This document shows, one piece after another, positions 17,571 to 27,234 of a stretch of DNA of 64,000 bases (the first letter of the stretch is position 1; each line of letters opens with the position of its first letter). The stretch is from Chitinophagaceae bacterium (GTDB lineage Bacteria; Bacteroidota; Bacteroidia; Chitinophagales; Chitinophagaceae): the NCBI GenBank assembly GCA_009693715.1, contig SHWT01000001.1:5419-69418 (forward strand), given 5' to 3'. Made by a program: the position numbers and the translations under genes. The notes below the pieces were generated by a model, which did no database searches, had not been told where the DNA came from, and saw only the letters and a program-made list of their open reading frames with translations.

Positions 17571-19214
17571 ATGAAAAAGGTAACTAAATATTTTTTCAAC
17601 ATCATTTTATACACCCTACCCTTATTTGCTTGGGCTGATCAATATCCAATTAATAAGAATATAGACATCAAACACTATGTTTTTCAATTGCGCTTAACTG
17701 ACAGCAATGATGAAATTATTGGTACTACCCAAGTTACTGTTAATTTTAAGCAAGCAGGCATACTAAATTTTCGTTTAGACTTAATCAATAAATCAACGGA
17801 AAAGAAAGACAAAGGAATGGTAGTAGAGGGCGTTAGTATTTCTAATACTACAGTAAATTACACACATGAAAATGATGCATTAATTATTTATTTACCTAAA
17901 AGCGCTGTTGCCAATGAAACAATCACTTTTACCATTAAATACCATGGCATTCCTTTTGATGGCTTAAGAATTGGTGCTACTAAATTTGGAGATCGTAGTT
18001 TTTTTAATGAGAACTGGCCAAATCGCGGCAGACATTGGTTACCCATTCTTGACCATCCTAGTGATAAAGCGACTTCAGAATTTATTGTAACTGCCCCGGC
18101 CCATTATAAAGTAGTTTCGAATGGTTTATTATTAGAAGAGTCCTCATTAGGAAATAATACAATGCTTACGCATTGGAAGCAATCTGTTCCTGTATCTTCT
18201 TGGTTATTTGTTTTAGGTGTTGCTGATTTTGCAGTACAATATGTGGATGATTTTGAAGGAAAATCAATTCAAACCTGGGTCTATTCAAAAAATAGAGAAG
18301 CAGGATTTTATGATTTTAAAGAGCCGACTAAAAAGGTATTGGTATTTTATACCAAGTATGTAGGCCCATACGCCTATGAAAAATTAGCCAATATTCAAAC
18401 ACCCAGTGTGAATGGCGGAATGGAGACTTCCTCTGCAATATTTTATGGAGAAAACTTAGTTAATGGCAAGGGTGATGAACGTACTAAAAATATAGTTGTT
18501 CATGAGATTGCACATCAATGGTTTGGTAATGCAGTTACTGAAGCCACCTGGGATGACGCATGGTTAAGTGAAGGATTTGCTACTTTTTTCACCTTACTAT
18601 ATTATGAAAATGAATATGGTCAAGCTGAATATAATAATAGAATTATAAAAGCAAAAAAAGCAGTTCTTGATATGACCATAAAAATGCCCGATTTTAGTAT
18701 TATAGCTCCTAGAACAGCTGAAAAAGAGGCTGTCACCACAGGATTAACCTACCAAAAGGGTGCTTGGTTTTTACATATGTTAAGAGATAAAATAGGGGAA
18801 CAAAATTTTCAAAAAGGAATTAAATCTTATTATAAAAAGTTTTACAATGCCAATGCCACTACTGATGAATTTAGGATGGAGATGGAAAAAGCGGCTGGAT
18901 TGGATTTGAAAATATTTTTTAAACAATGGTTGTACCAACCAGTGAATCCAAAAATTGACGCAATATGGACTTATGATGCAACTAGTCATAAAATCAATAT
19001 TAATTTAACACAATCCCAACTAACAAATTTTAATTTTGATATCCCAATCGAGATAGGCTACTTCACTAAAGACAGCAAAACGCCCCTTTTATTAAAAATG
19101 AATTTGAATAAGAAACAATTAAGTCAATCTTTTAATGTGAAGGGCATACCGGAAAATATAGAAGTGGATCCTAGAAATGTTTTACTCAGCTCCAATACTA
19201 TTACAAAAAAGTAA
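17571..19214 (+). CDS. Secreted M1 family aminopeptidase (second, divergent copy)
   Basis: Signal peptide, GGMET, HEIAHQWFG...WLSEGFAT and YQKGA. Confidence 0.9.
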   Translation: MKKVTKYFFNIILYTLPLFAWADQYPINKNIDIKHYVFQLRLTDSNDEIIGTTQVTVNFKQAGILNFRLDLINKSTEKKDKGMVVEGVSISNTTVNYTHENDALIIYLPKSAVANETITFTIKYHGIPFDGLRIGATKFGDRSFFNENWPNRGRHWLPILDHPSDKATSEFIVTAPAHYKVVSNGLLLEESSLGNNTMLTHWKQSVPVSSWLFVLGVADFAVQYVDDFEGKSIQTWVYSKNREAGFYDFKEPTKKVLVFYTKYVGPYAYEKLANIQTPSVNGGMETSSAIFYGENLVNGKGDERTKNIVVHEIAHQWFGNAVTEATWDDAWLSEGFATFFTLLYYENEYGQAEYNNRIIKAKKAVLDMTIKMPDFSIIAPRTAEKEAVTTGLTYQKGAWFLHMLRDKIGEQNFQKGIKSYYKKFYNANATTDEFRMEMEKAAGLDLKIFFKQWLYQPVNPKIDAIWTYDATSHKININLTQSQLTNFNFDIPIEIGYFTKDSKTPLLLKMNLNKKQLSQSFNVKGIPENIEVDPRNVLLSSNTITKK

Positions 19215-19256
19215 TAGAATCAAAATATTACATTTATTAGAATTTTTAATGCCGAT

Positions 19257-20759
19257 ATGCTTAAAATATTTATTCCATTCTTTTTAGTCCTTCTTAATAT
19301 GGGGCATTTAAACGCCCAGCAGACAAAAAGTCCAAATATCATTTTATTCTTGATTGATGATATGGGATGGATGGATAGTTCGGTCCCTTTTGGTGATAGT
19401 GTTGGATTATTAAATAAACAATTCAAAACACCTAATCTTGCTTTATTAGCAAAACAAGGTGTTAAGTTCACCAATGCTTATTCAAATTCAGTTTGCACCC
19501 CTACCCGCACAAGTATTTTAACAGGAATGAATGTAACACATCATGGTGTTACTAATTGGACATCTCCAGTAAAAAATAATACGACAGATGCCAAAGATGC
19601 TCAGTTTAATCCTGCGCCATGGAAAATAAATGGGGTTGAGATTAATAGTATCACCACCTACCCTCAAATTTTAAAACAAGCAGGTTATTACACGATACAT
19701 GTTGGCAAAGCGCATTGGGGCTCAGCAGGTACGCCTATGTCGAACCCTTTAAACCTGGGCTTTATGGTCAATATTGCAGGGCATGCTGCAGGACATCCGC
19801 AAAGCTATTATGGCAAAGATAATTATGGTAATATCCCAGGAAAATCAACCTATCAATCTGTACCCGATTTAATGAATTATCATGGTTCAGACACGAATTT
19901 AACTGAAGCACTGACGCTTGAAGCAATAAAAAGTTTAGAAGAACCCATTCGATTAAAAATGCCCTTTTATTTAAACATGGCGCATTATGCAGTGCATGTT
20001 CCCATCCAACCGGACGTTCAATTTTATCAATCCTATTTGGAGGAAGGCTTAGATACCGCAAATGCAAAATATGCGAGTATGGTTGCCTCCATAGATAAAA
20101 GCTTGGGTGATATCATGAAATTTCTATCTGCAAAAGATATTGCAAATAATACCATTATTATTTTTATGAGTGACAATGGTGGCTTAAGCTTAGGTGGTGC
20201 AAGAGGTGAAATTGCGCATGTTCAAAACTTACCATTACGCGCAGGCAAGGGCTCCATGTACGAAGGCGGTATTCGAGTACCCATGATTGTTAAATGGCCA
20301 GAAGTCGTAAAATCAAACAGCACCATCAATCAATATGTGATTGCAGAAGATTTCTTTCCTTCCATTCTTGCAATGGCAGGTGTGCAGAATTTTAAAACTA
20401 TTCAAAAAGTTGATGGGAAAAGTTTTGTTCCATTATTAAAGAATAATAAAATCACGGATACAAATCGTATTTTGGTTTGGCATTATCCGAATAAATGGAT
20501 GAATCTAGATGGGCCTGCAATTAACTACAAATCAGCCATTAGGCAAGGTAAATGGAAATTGATTTACGATTTAAGAAACGGCCATAAAGAATTGTACAAT
20601 TTGTCTAATGACCTTGGCGAACATATTGATTTGTCATTACAACAACCAGCAAAAACCAAACAACTGTCTATTTTACTTAAGGACATCCTAGAAAAAAATA
20701 ATGCCCCAATGCCTAGCTATAAGATTAATTCAAAAAAGGTGGAAATATTAATTGATTAA
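19257..20759 (+). CDS. Secreted Cys-type (formylglycine-dependent) sulfatase
   Basis: PNIILFLIDDMG, CTPTR (CxPxR), GKAH, HYAVH, SDNGG and GKGSMYEGGIRVP. Confidence 0.92.
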   Translation: MLKIFIPFFLVLLNMGHLNAQQTKSPNIILFLIDDMGWMDSSVPFGDSVGLLNKQFKTPNLALLAKQGVKFTNAYSNSVCTPTRTSILTGMNVTHHGVTNWTSPVKNNTTDAKDAQFNPAPWKINGVEINSITTYPQILKQAGYYTIHVGKAHWGSAGTPMSNPLNLGFMVNIAGHAAGHPQSYYGKDNYGNIPGKSTYQSVPDLMNYHGSDTNLTEALTLEAIKSLEEPIRLKMPFYLNMAHYAVHVPIQPDVQFYQSYLEEGLDTANAKYASMVASIDKSLGDIMKFLSAKDIANNTIIIFMSDNGGLSLGGARGEIAHVQNLPLRAGKGSMYEGGIRVPMIVKWPEVVKSNSTINQYVIAEDFFPSILAMAGVQNFKTIQKVDGKSFVPLLKNNKITDTNRILVWHYPNKWMNLDGPAINYKSAIRQGKWKLIYDLRNGHKELYNLSNDLGEHIDLSLQQPAKTKQLSILLKDILEKNNAPMPSYKINSKKVEILID

Positions 20760-20760
20760 T

Positions 20761-20768
20761 TAACTTTG
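20761..20768 (+). promoter_or_regulatory. -7 promoter box (TAACTTTG) upstream of the TPR fragment
   Basis: Exact consensus match just after the sulfatase stop. Confidence 0.45.
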
Positions 20769-20813
20769 TTCTCTTAAAAGTAAGCATGCGGAAAAAAGAC
20801 AATCAAGGTTTAA

Positions 20814-21068
20814 TTGGATCCAGCCAACTTTACGCATTATGAAAACGCAGGTATTAGTTATTATTCAGGAGGCAATTATTTAAAAGCGCTTCCCTATTTT
20901 GAAAAAGCGGTACAATTCTCAAATGCAAATACTGGAAAGTCGGAATTCTTTATGGCGATGAGTTATATCACTTTAGGTAAAAAGGATCTAATTTGTACGC
21001 CATTGAATACGGCAAAGCGGAAAGGATACTCTGGGGTGGACAGCTATTTGAATCAATACTGTAAGTAG
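20814..21068 (+). pseudogene. Short TPR-protein C-terminal fragment (possible remnant or frameshifted gene)
   Basis: It begins mid-TPR (LDPANFTHYENAG) at a TTG directly after an in-frame TAA. It has no signal peptide and ends in a C...YCK tail. Confidence 0.5.
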
Positions 21069-21197
21069 CCTACATTCTAAATACCTCTTAAAATGGGCTA
21101 TTTAGCTGATTTTTAAGCTAAAATTTAAGTAAAACGCGTGTAATCTAACCCTAAATAGAAAAATCAAGGTATATTGCATTAAAATTTTACAGACCCG

Positions 21198-22460
21198 ATG
21201 ACAATTCTTCTAAGTCAAGTTAAAATTACAGACACGAGGTCGCCTTTTAATGGGTTGGTTAAGGACATTTTATTAAAAGACCAACAAATTGTTTCCATTA
21301 CTGATAAATATAAAGGAGATGCGGATCAAACAATCGATTTAAAAAATTCAGTTGTTAGTCCAGGATTTATAGACCCTTTTGTTCACTTTTGCGATCCAGG
21401 TATGGAACATAGAGAAACTTTAACCACAGGTGCTCATGCAGCTATCCAAGGTGGGTTTACAACAGTTTTTGTAGTGCCCAATACCACCCCTGTTATCGAT
21501 AATAAGTCACAAGTGACTTATATAAAACAACATAGCCAAGAATTACCGATTCATATTTTACCTATTGGTGCACTATCAAAAAAAATTGAAGGAAAGGATC
21601 TAGCCGAGATGATTGACATGCATTCAAATGGCGCTATTGCATTTAGTGATGGATTATACCCTGTACAGTCCACACTTTTATTTTTGAAAGCCTTACAATA
21701 TGTAAAAGCTTTTGATGGCGTAGTTATTCAAATGCCAATTGATAAAAGTTTGGGGAGTTTGGGTTTAATGAATGAAGGAATATTATCAACGAAATTAGGT
21801 CTGTCAGGTATTCCTGCTATCGCTGAAGAATTAATTATTTCAAGAGATATCGAATTATTAAAATACACTAGTTCTCAATTACATATCACAGGTGTAAGTA
21901 CTGCAAAAGGAATTGCACTAATACGCAATGCTAAAGAAGAAGGTTTGAAAATTACATGCAGTGTAACTCCTTACCATTTATTTTTTACCGAGGAAGATTT
22001 AAAAGATTATAATACCTTATTAAAAGTATTCCCACCACTAAGAACGAAGCTAGATCAAGAAGCCTTATTCAAAGCAATTGAAGATGGTACCATTGATTGC
22101 ATCAGCTCGCATCATATGCCGCAGGATTGGGATGCAAAAACTATTGAATTTGAAAATGCAAAAGCCGGTATTGCTAGTATTGAAACCAGCTTTGCTACTA
22201 TACAACATTTATTTCCTACATTATCTGACAATAGAATTGCGGAATTATTCTCGCTTAATGCTAGAAGTATATTTAAATTAGAAAACGCAGGAATTACAGA
22301 AGGTGCCATCGCCGACCTTACATTTTATAGTAAAACGGAGACTACCCTGTTAACGCAAAAGGATTCAAAAAGTAAATCCGGCAACTCCCCTTTTTGGGAT
22401 ATAAAACTATCTGGAAAAATTAAAGGCGTATTTAGCAAAGGCAAATTACATTTGGCTTAA
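21198..22460 (+). CDS. Dihydroorotase-like protein, probably catalytically inactive (PyrC'-type)
   Basis: Type I DHOase scaffold (PGFID, GGFTTV..PNTTPVID, PPLRT) with most metal ligands substituted; see findings. Confidence 0.85.
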   Translation: MTILLSQVKITDTRSPFNGLVKDILLKDQQIVSITDKYKGDADQTIDLKNSVVSPGFIDPFVHFCDPGMEHRETLTTGAHAAIQGGFTTVFVVPNTTPVIDNKSQVTYIKQHSQELPIHILPIGALSKKIEGKDLAEMIDMHSNGAIAFSDGLYPVQSTLLFLKALQYVKAFDGVVIQMPIDKSLGSLGLMNEGILSTKLGLSGIPAIAEELIISRDIELLKYTSSQLHITGVSTAKGIALIRNAKEEGLKITCSVTPYHLFFTEEDLKDYNTLLKVFPPLRTKLDQEALFKAIEDGTIDCISSHHMPQDWDAKTIEFENAKAGIASIETSFATIQHLFPTLSDNRIAELFSLNARSIFKLENAGITEGAIADLTFYSKTETTLLTQKDSKSKSGNSPFWDIKLSGKIKGVFSKGKLHLA

Positions 22461-22484
22461 TATTAAAAATAAACAAATACGATC

Positions 22485-23006
22485 ATGGAAAATAAAGTAA
22501 CTTCTCATATTGTCAAAGGCGCCATATTAAGTGCATTTGGAATTTTAATCAGTATCATAGTTACTGTATTTAACTTATACGAAGTAAGTTGGATTAACTA
22601 CGTAAACTATGCCATAATAATTGGCGGTTTAATATACAGCTGTATCATGTACGCTAATGAAAATAATAACAACGTAACCTTTGGCAATATTTTTGCACAT
22701 GGCTTTAAAACAACTTCTGTAATCATCGTTATTACGGTAATATATGTGGCACTTTCTTTAAAAATATTATTCCCTGAGATGCCTGATAAAATATTAGAAA
22801 TAGCGAGAAAGAAAATGGCCGAAAATCCACAAATGACCGATGAGATGATTGAGCAAGGGCTAGGCATGACTAAGAAATTTTTATTGCCATTTGCTATTGG
22901 TGGTGCAATTATTGGCACCGCATTTATGGGTGTAATTGCTTCCTTAATTGGGGCTGGTGTTGCTAAAAAAAATCCAGTTGATCCATTTGCTGAACCTACA
23001 GCTTAA
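22485..23006 (+). CDS. DUF4199 family membrane protein
   Basis: Four hydrophobic helices; TFGNIFAHGFKT pattern. Confidence 0.75.
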   Translation: MENKVTSHIVKGAILSAFGILISIIVTVFNLYEVSWINYVNYAIIIGGLIYSCIMYANENNNNVTFGNIFAHGFKTTSVIIVITVIYVALSLKILFPEMPDKILEIARKKMAENPQMTDEMIEQGLGMTKKFLLPFAIGGAIIGTAFMGVIASLIGAGVAKKNPVDPFAEPTA

Positions 23007-23014
23007 TTATTAAT

Positions 23015-23956
23015 ATGCAAGTAAGCGTTGTCATACCTCTATTTAACGAAGCCGATTCCTTACCTGAATTAATGGCTTGGATACATCGTGTCATGCAATC
23101 TAATAACTTTAGTTATGAAGTCATTATGATTGATGACGGAAGTGATGATAATAGCTGGAAAACAATCGCCAACTTGAGAAATGAATACCCTTGTTTAAAG
23201 GGTATTAAATTCCAAAGAAATTATGGAAAGTCTGCTGCTTTAAATGAAGGATTCAAGGCGGCACAAGGGGATATCGTTATTACCATGGATGCTGACTTAC
23301 AAGACTCTCCTGAAGAAATTCCTGAATTTGTCGAAATGATTACCAAAGAGGGTTTCCATTTGGTGAGCGGTTGGAAAAAAAGAAGATATGATAACACCTT
23401 CACTAAAAATATTCCTTCCAAAATTTATAATGCAGTAGCCCGTAAAAGTTCAGGCATTCAACTGCATGATTTTAATTGTGGTATAAAAGCATATCAATTA
23501 AAAGTGGTGAAAAGTATTGAAGTTTTTGGCGAAATGCATAGATACATTCCTATTTTAGCAAAATGGGCAGGATTTAAAAAGATTGGCGAAAAAGTAGTTG
23601 TTCATCAAGCCCGAAAATATGGCACAACTAAATTTGGCTGGGAGCGTTTTGTCAATGGATTTTTAGATTTAATGACCATCCAATTTTTATCCAAGTTTGG
23701 TAAAAAACCAATGCAATTTTTTGGTCTCCTTGGCTCCTTATTTTTCATGATTGGATTTATATCCTTTGGATTCATCGTAACAGGAAAAATATTAGACCCT
23801 AATTATACAGTGACAAATAAACCTAGTTTTTATATCGCATTAACATCCATGATGGTGGGTATGCAATTATTTTTAGCAGGTTTTATTGGAGAATTAGTGA
23901 ATCGAAATGCAGCTGAAAGAAATGTCTATTTAATTGAAGATAAACAAGGATGGTAA
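23015..23956 (+). CDS. GT2 glycosyltransferase (GtrB/DPM-synthase-like, two C-terminal TM helices)
   Basis: VVIPLFNEA, IDDGSDD, RNYGKSAAL, MDADLQDSP and HDFNCGIK. Confidence 0.9.
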   Translation: MQVSVVIPLFNEADSLPELMAWIHRVMQSNNFSYEVIMIDDGSDDNSWKTIANLRNEYPCLKGIKFQRNYGKSAALNEGFKAAQGDIVITMDADLQDSPEEIPEFVEMITKEGFHLVSGWKKRRYDNTFTKNIPSKIYNAVARKSSGIQLHDFNCGIKAYQLKVVKSIEVFGEMHRYIPILAKWAGFKKIGEKVVVHQARKYGTTKFGWERFVNGFLDLMTIQFLSKFGKKPMQFFGLLGSLFFMIGFISFGFIVTGKILDPNYTVTNKPSFYIALTSMMVGMQLFLAGFIGELVNRNAAERNVYLIEDKQGW

Positions 23957-25080
23957 ACAAATTGGTCATAATTGGCCCAGCTTGGCCTTTACGCGGTGGC
24001 CTTTCTGCTTTCGATGAAAAATTAGCTACCCAATTTACAGAAAAAGGTATTCAAACACGAATTGATACATTCTCCTTACAATACCCTAGTTTACTATTCC
24101 CAGGGAAAACTCAATATACAACTGATCCAAAACCAAATAATGTAAATATTGAAGTTTGTATAAATTCAATCAATCCTTTCAATTGGATTAAAATTGGTTT
24201 ACAATTATACCGAGAAAAACCTGATTTAATTATAGTTCGATTTTGGATTCCATTTTTAGCCCCTTGTTTAGGTACGATTTTAAAAATTGCTAAAAAAAAC
24301 AAACACACCAAGGTCATTTCGATTGTAGATAATATGATTCCACATGAAAAAAGGATAGGTGATCAATTTTTAACCAAATACTTCGTAAAAACAGTAGATG
24401 GATTTATTGCCATGAGTGACAAAGTAAAAAATGACATAAAAACATTTTCACACAAACCTGTTTCCATTTCACCGCATCCTATTTTCAATCATTTCGGTAA
24501 TCCAATAACTAAAAAGGATGCAAGGACGAATTTAGGTTTACCACATGAAGGAAAGATAATTTTATTTTTTGGCTATATTCGTAAATACAAAGGGCTTGAT
24601 TTGTTAATTCAAGCAATGGCTGATGATGCTATAATAAAATTAGGTATTCGATTAATGATTGTTGGAGAATTTTATGAGGATGCAAGTGCTTACCATGAAT
24701 TAGTAAATTCGCTTGGTTTACAAGATCAAATCATCTTCTATTCAAACTATATCCCAGACGGGGAAGTCAAAAATTATGTTTGTAGCGCCGATTTTATAAT
24801 ACAGCCCTATAAAAATGCAACACAAAGCGGGGTTACTCCCCTAGCTTACCACTTTGAAAAACCAATGTTGGTGACCAATGTAGGCGGATTAGCGGATACG
24901 GTACCCAACTTAAAAACAGGTATTGTTGTTGCACCAAATACAAACGCAATAGCAAAAGGGATTGAAACCTTATATGAATTAGGCGAAAATCACTTTATTC
25001 CCTATATTATTGAAGAAAAGAAAAAATATAGCTGGGCGCAAATGACTGAAAAGTTTTTAGCTTTGTACCAACAATTATAA
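23950..25080 (+). CDS. GT4-family glycosyltransferase
   Basis: FFGYIRKYKGLDLL, PYKNATQSGV and TNVGGL. Confidence 0.9.
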   Translation: MVNKLVIIGPAWPLRGGLSAFDEKLATQFTEKGIQTRIDTFSLQYPSLLFPGKTQYTTDPKPNNVNIEVCINSINPFNWIKIGLQLYREKPDLIIVRFWIPFLAPCLGTILKIAKKNKHTKVISIVDNMIPHEKRIGDQFLTKYFVKTVDGFIAMSDKVKNDIKTFSHKPVSISPHPIFNHFGNPITKKDARTNLGLPHEGKIILFFGYIRKYKGLDLLIQAMADDAIIKLGIRLMIVGEFYEDASAYHELVNSLGLQDQIIFYSNYIPDGEVKNYVCSADFIIQPYKNATQSGVTPLAYHFEKPMLVTNVGGLADTVPNLKTGIVVAPNTNAIAKGIETLYELGENHFIPYIIEEKKKYSWAQMTEKFLALYQQL

Positions 25081-25110
25081 TAACGAAATTTAAAGCAAGC
25101 ACCCATTTAT

Positions 25111-25689
25111 ATGCATCATCAAAAAATTTCATCCATCATCAACGAATCCATTAAAGTAAAACAAACACTTTTAGGGGATATTAACTTAATTGCACAAATT
25201 GATACGGTTGTAAAAGTAATAACCACTGCTTTTCAAAACGGCAATAGTGTTTATTTTGCAGGCAATGGTGGCAGCGCAGCTGATGCACAACACTTAGCTG
25301 CTGAATTTTCAGGACGTTTTTATAAGGACAGAAAAGCATTGCCCTCTGAAGCATTACATTGCAACACTTCCTATTTAACTGCTGTCGCTAATGATTATAG
25401 CTATGAGGTTATTTATGCAAGATTAATAGAAGGCATCACAAAACCAGGAGATGTATTAGTGGGCATAAGTACTTCAGGAAATTCTGGAAATATTGTTAAA
25501 GCATTTGAAATGGCTAAAACCAAGCAAGTAGTCACCATTGGATTTACGGGTGATAAAGGTGGTAAGATGAAGGAAATTTCAGACTATTTAATCAATGTTC
25601 CTTCGAATGATACCCCAAGAATTCAAGAGTCCCATATTTTAGTAGGTCACATTATTTGCGAATTAGTAGAAAGCAATATTTTTGGCTAA
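25111..25689 (+). CDS. gmhA: D-sedoheptulose 7-phosphate isomerase
   Basis: GNGGSAADAQH, TAVANDY, STSGNS and TPRIQESHILVGHIIC. Confidence 0.93.
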   Translation: MHHQKISSIINESIKVKQTLLGDINLIAQIDTVVKVITTAFQNGNSVYFAGNGGSAADAQHLAAEFSGRFYKDRKALPSEALHCNTSYLTAVANDYSYEVIYARLIEGITKPGDVLVGISTSGNSGNIVKAFEMAKTKQVVTIGFTGDKGGKMKEISDYLINVPSNDTPRIQESHILVGHIICELVESNIFG

Positions 25690-25745
25690 CTGTTTCCTCA
25701 ACACATTTGGAATAATAAAGATTTATAAAATAAAACAACCACATT

Positions 25746-26303
25746 TTGTCATTTAACTTATCAGATATTAATCCTAATTGGACATTATTCTTAGATAGAG
25801 ATGGTGTAATTAATGTTGAAAAGGACAATGACTATATCAAAACCTGGAATGAGTTTGAGTTTTACAATGAAAGTATTGAAGCACTCCCCATTTTAGCAAA
25901 CTTATTTAGGACAATTGTTATTGCCACCAATCAAAAAGGTGTTGGACGTGGCATTATGACAGAACCTGATTTGAATCAAATTCATAAAAATATGTTACGC
26001 ACCATTGAAACCATTGGTGGCAGAATTGATCATGTTTTTTATTGTACTGATATGGAGCATAATTCCATCAATCGCAAGCCACAACCAGGAATGGCCATGC
26101 AAGCAAAAGAAATGTTTCCTTCCATTGACTTTAGTACATCCATTATGGTCGGTAACAGACCCAGTGATATGGCATTTGGTCGGAATGCAGGCCTGCATAC
26201 CGTATTTTTAGCTACAACCCATCCTGAAACGCCTTTCCCTGACCCAAGCATTGATTTTAGATTTAATAACCTACTTGAATTTGTAAATGCATTGTCAAAA
26301 TAA
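25746..26303 (+). CDS. gmhB: HAD-IIIA heptose-bisphosphate phosphatase (TTG start)
   Basis: LFLDRDGVIN, ATNQKGVGRG, RKPQPGM and MVGNRPSD. Confidence 0.82.
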   Translation: MSFNLSDINPNWTLFLDRDGVINVEKDNDYIKTWNEFEFYNESIEALPILANLFRTIVIATNQKGVGRGIMTEPDLNQIHKNMLRTIETIGGRIDHVFYCTDMEHNSINRKPQPGMAMQAKEMFPSIDFSTSIMVGNRPSDMAFGRNAGLHTVFLATTHPETPFPDPSIDFRFNNLLEFVNALSK

Positions 26304-26315
26304 GCCTAAGTCAAA

Positions 26316-27161
26316 ATGAAACAATTTATTTTAATTTGGGCAATACTTATTTCGATAAATAGTAATGTAAAAGGACAATCTATTTACAATTACGATTCCA
26401 CGGGTATACAATTACAAAAATTAGCCAGTCGTATTCAGGAAGATACCATCCTAAGGAATCGTTTAAACGCCGATAGTATTTTTACAAGGGCATTGGTACA
26501 AACCTTAAAGAGCCCCTACTCTTTTAAATATACTTTCGACTCATTAACTGCAATAAAACATATCGTTTCACCAGATGAACGATTTAAATTTTTTAGCTGG
26601 CAAGTAGACTTGGGTGATGGAACCTATCGTCAAAGAGGCGCTATGCAATTCCCGGGTAATGAAGGACAACTTAAATTATTACCATTCTTTGACAACTCTG
26701 ATTTTGTACAAAATAATACATTGGGGGTGTATGACCGTAAAAAATGGATTGGTGCTATTTATTATGAAATTATCCCAATGCAATACAATGGAGCAACTAT
26801 TTATACGCTGTTAGGATTTGATGAAAATAATACCAGTGTATCAAAAAAAATAATTGAAGTAGTCCGTTTTGAGAATGACGAACCCATTTTAGGCGGCGAC
26901 TTTTTTAAATTTACTCCTGACCCAACCTACCCAATAGGTATATTAGATCGGTTTATTTATTCCTTTAAAAAAGGGAGCAACGCAATCATAAAATACGAGA
27001 AATTGAAAAATAGAATTATGATTTCGGAATTAGCGAGCACCGATAATGATTTAAAAAAGCAGGAAACCTTGGTGCCCTCAGGTAACTTTAAATACTTTGC
27101 TTGGATTAATAATAAGTGGGAACTATCGATCAAAGAAGAAAACAGCTACAAAAAGAAATAA
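26316..27161 (+). CDS. Secreted hypothetical protein
   Basis: Signal peptide ending VKG|Q; beta-rich body with a WIGAIYY motif; no family recognised with certainty. Confidence 0.75.
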   Translation: MKQFILIWAILISINSNVKGQSIYNYDSTGIQLQKLASRIQEDTILRNRLNADSIFTRALVQTLKSPYSFKYTFDSLTAIKHIVSPDERFKFFSWQVDLGDGTYRQRGAMQFPGNEGQLKLLPFFDNSDFVQNNTLGVYDRKKWIGAIYYEIIPMQYNGATIYTLLGFDENNTSVSKKIIEVVRFENDEPILGGDFFKFTPDPTYPIGILDRFIYSFKKGSNAIIKYEKLKNRIMISELASTDNDLKKQETLVPSGNFKYFAWINNKWELSIKEENSYKKK

Positions 27162-27182
27162 GCCCGCCAAAAATCACAAAAT

Positions 27183-27209
27183 AAAAAAGTCCGCATAAAT
27201 GCAGACTTT
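27183..27209. terminator. Terminator between the hypothetical gene and lepA (convergent)
   Basis: AAAGTCCGCA..TGCAGACTTT imperfect stem with a left-hand A-run. Confidence 0.55.
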
Positions 27210-27234
27210 AATAAATTTATAAATCAGCTAATGA

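Noticed and set aside
15751-21105. GCTATTTAG 9-mer at both ends of the peptidase-sulfatase cassette (15751-15759 and 21097-21105) as a possible att site or target duplication
   Set aside because: A 9-bp AT-rich match between two intergenic spacers is plausible by chance, and there is no integrase, transposase or tRNA nearby.
25690-25728. In-frame 12-codon stretch after the gmhA stop (LFPQHIWNNKDL*) as readthrough or a remnant of a lost hddC
   Set aside because: It is too short, shows no similarity to nucleotidyltransferase motifs, and TAA is a poor readthrough codon.
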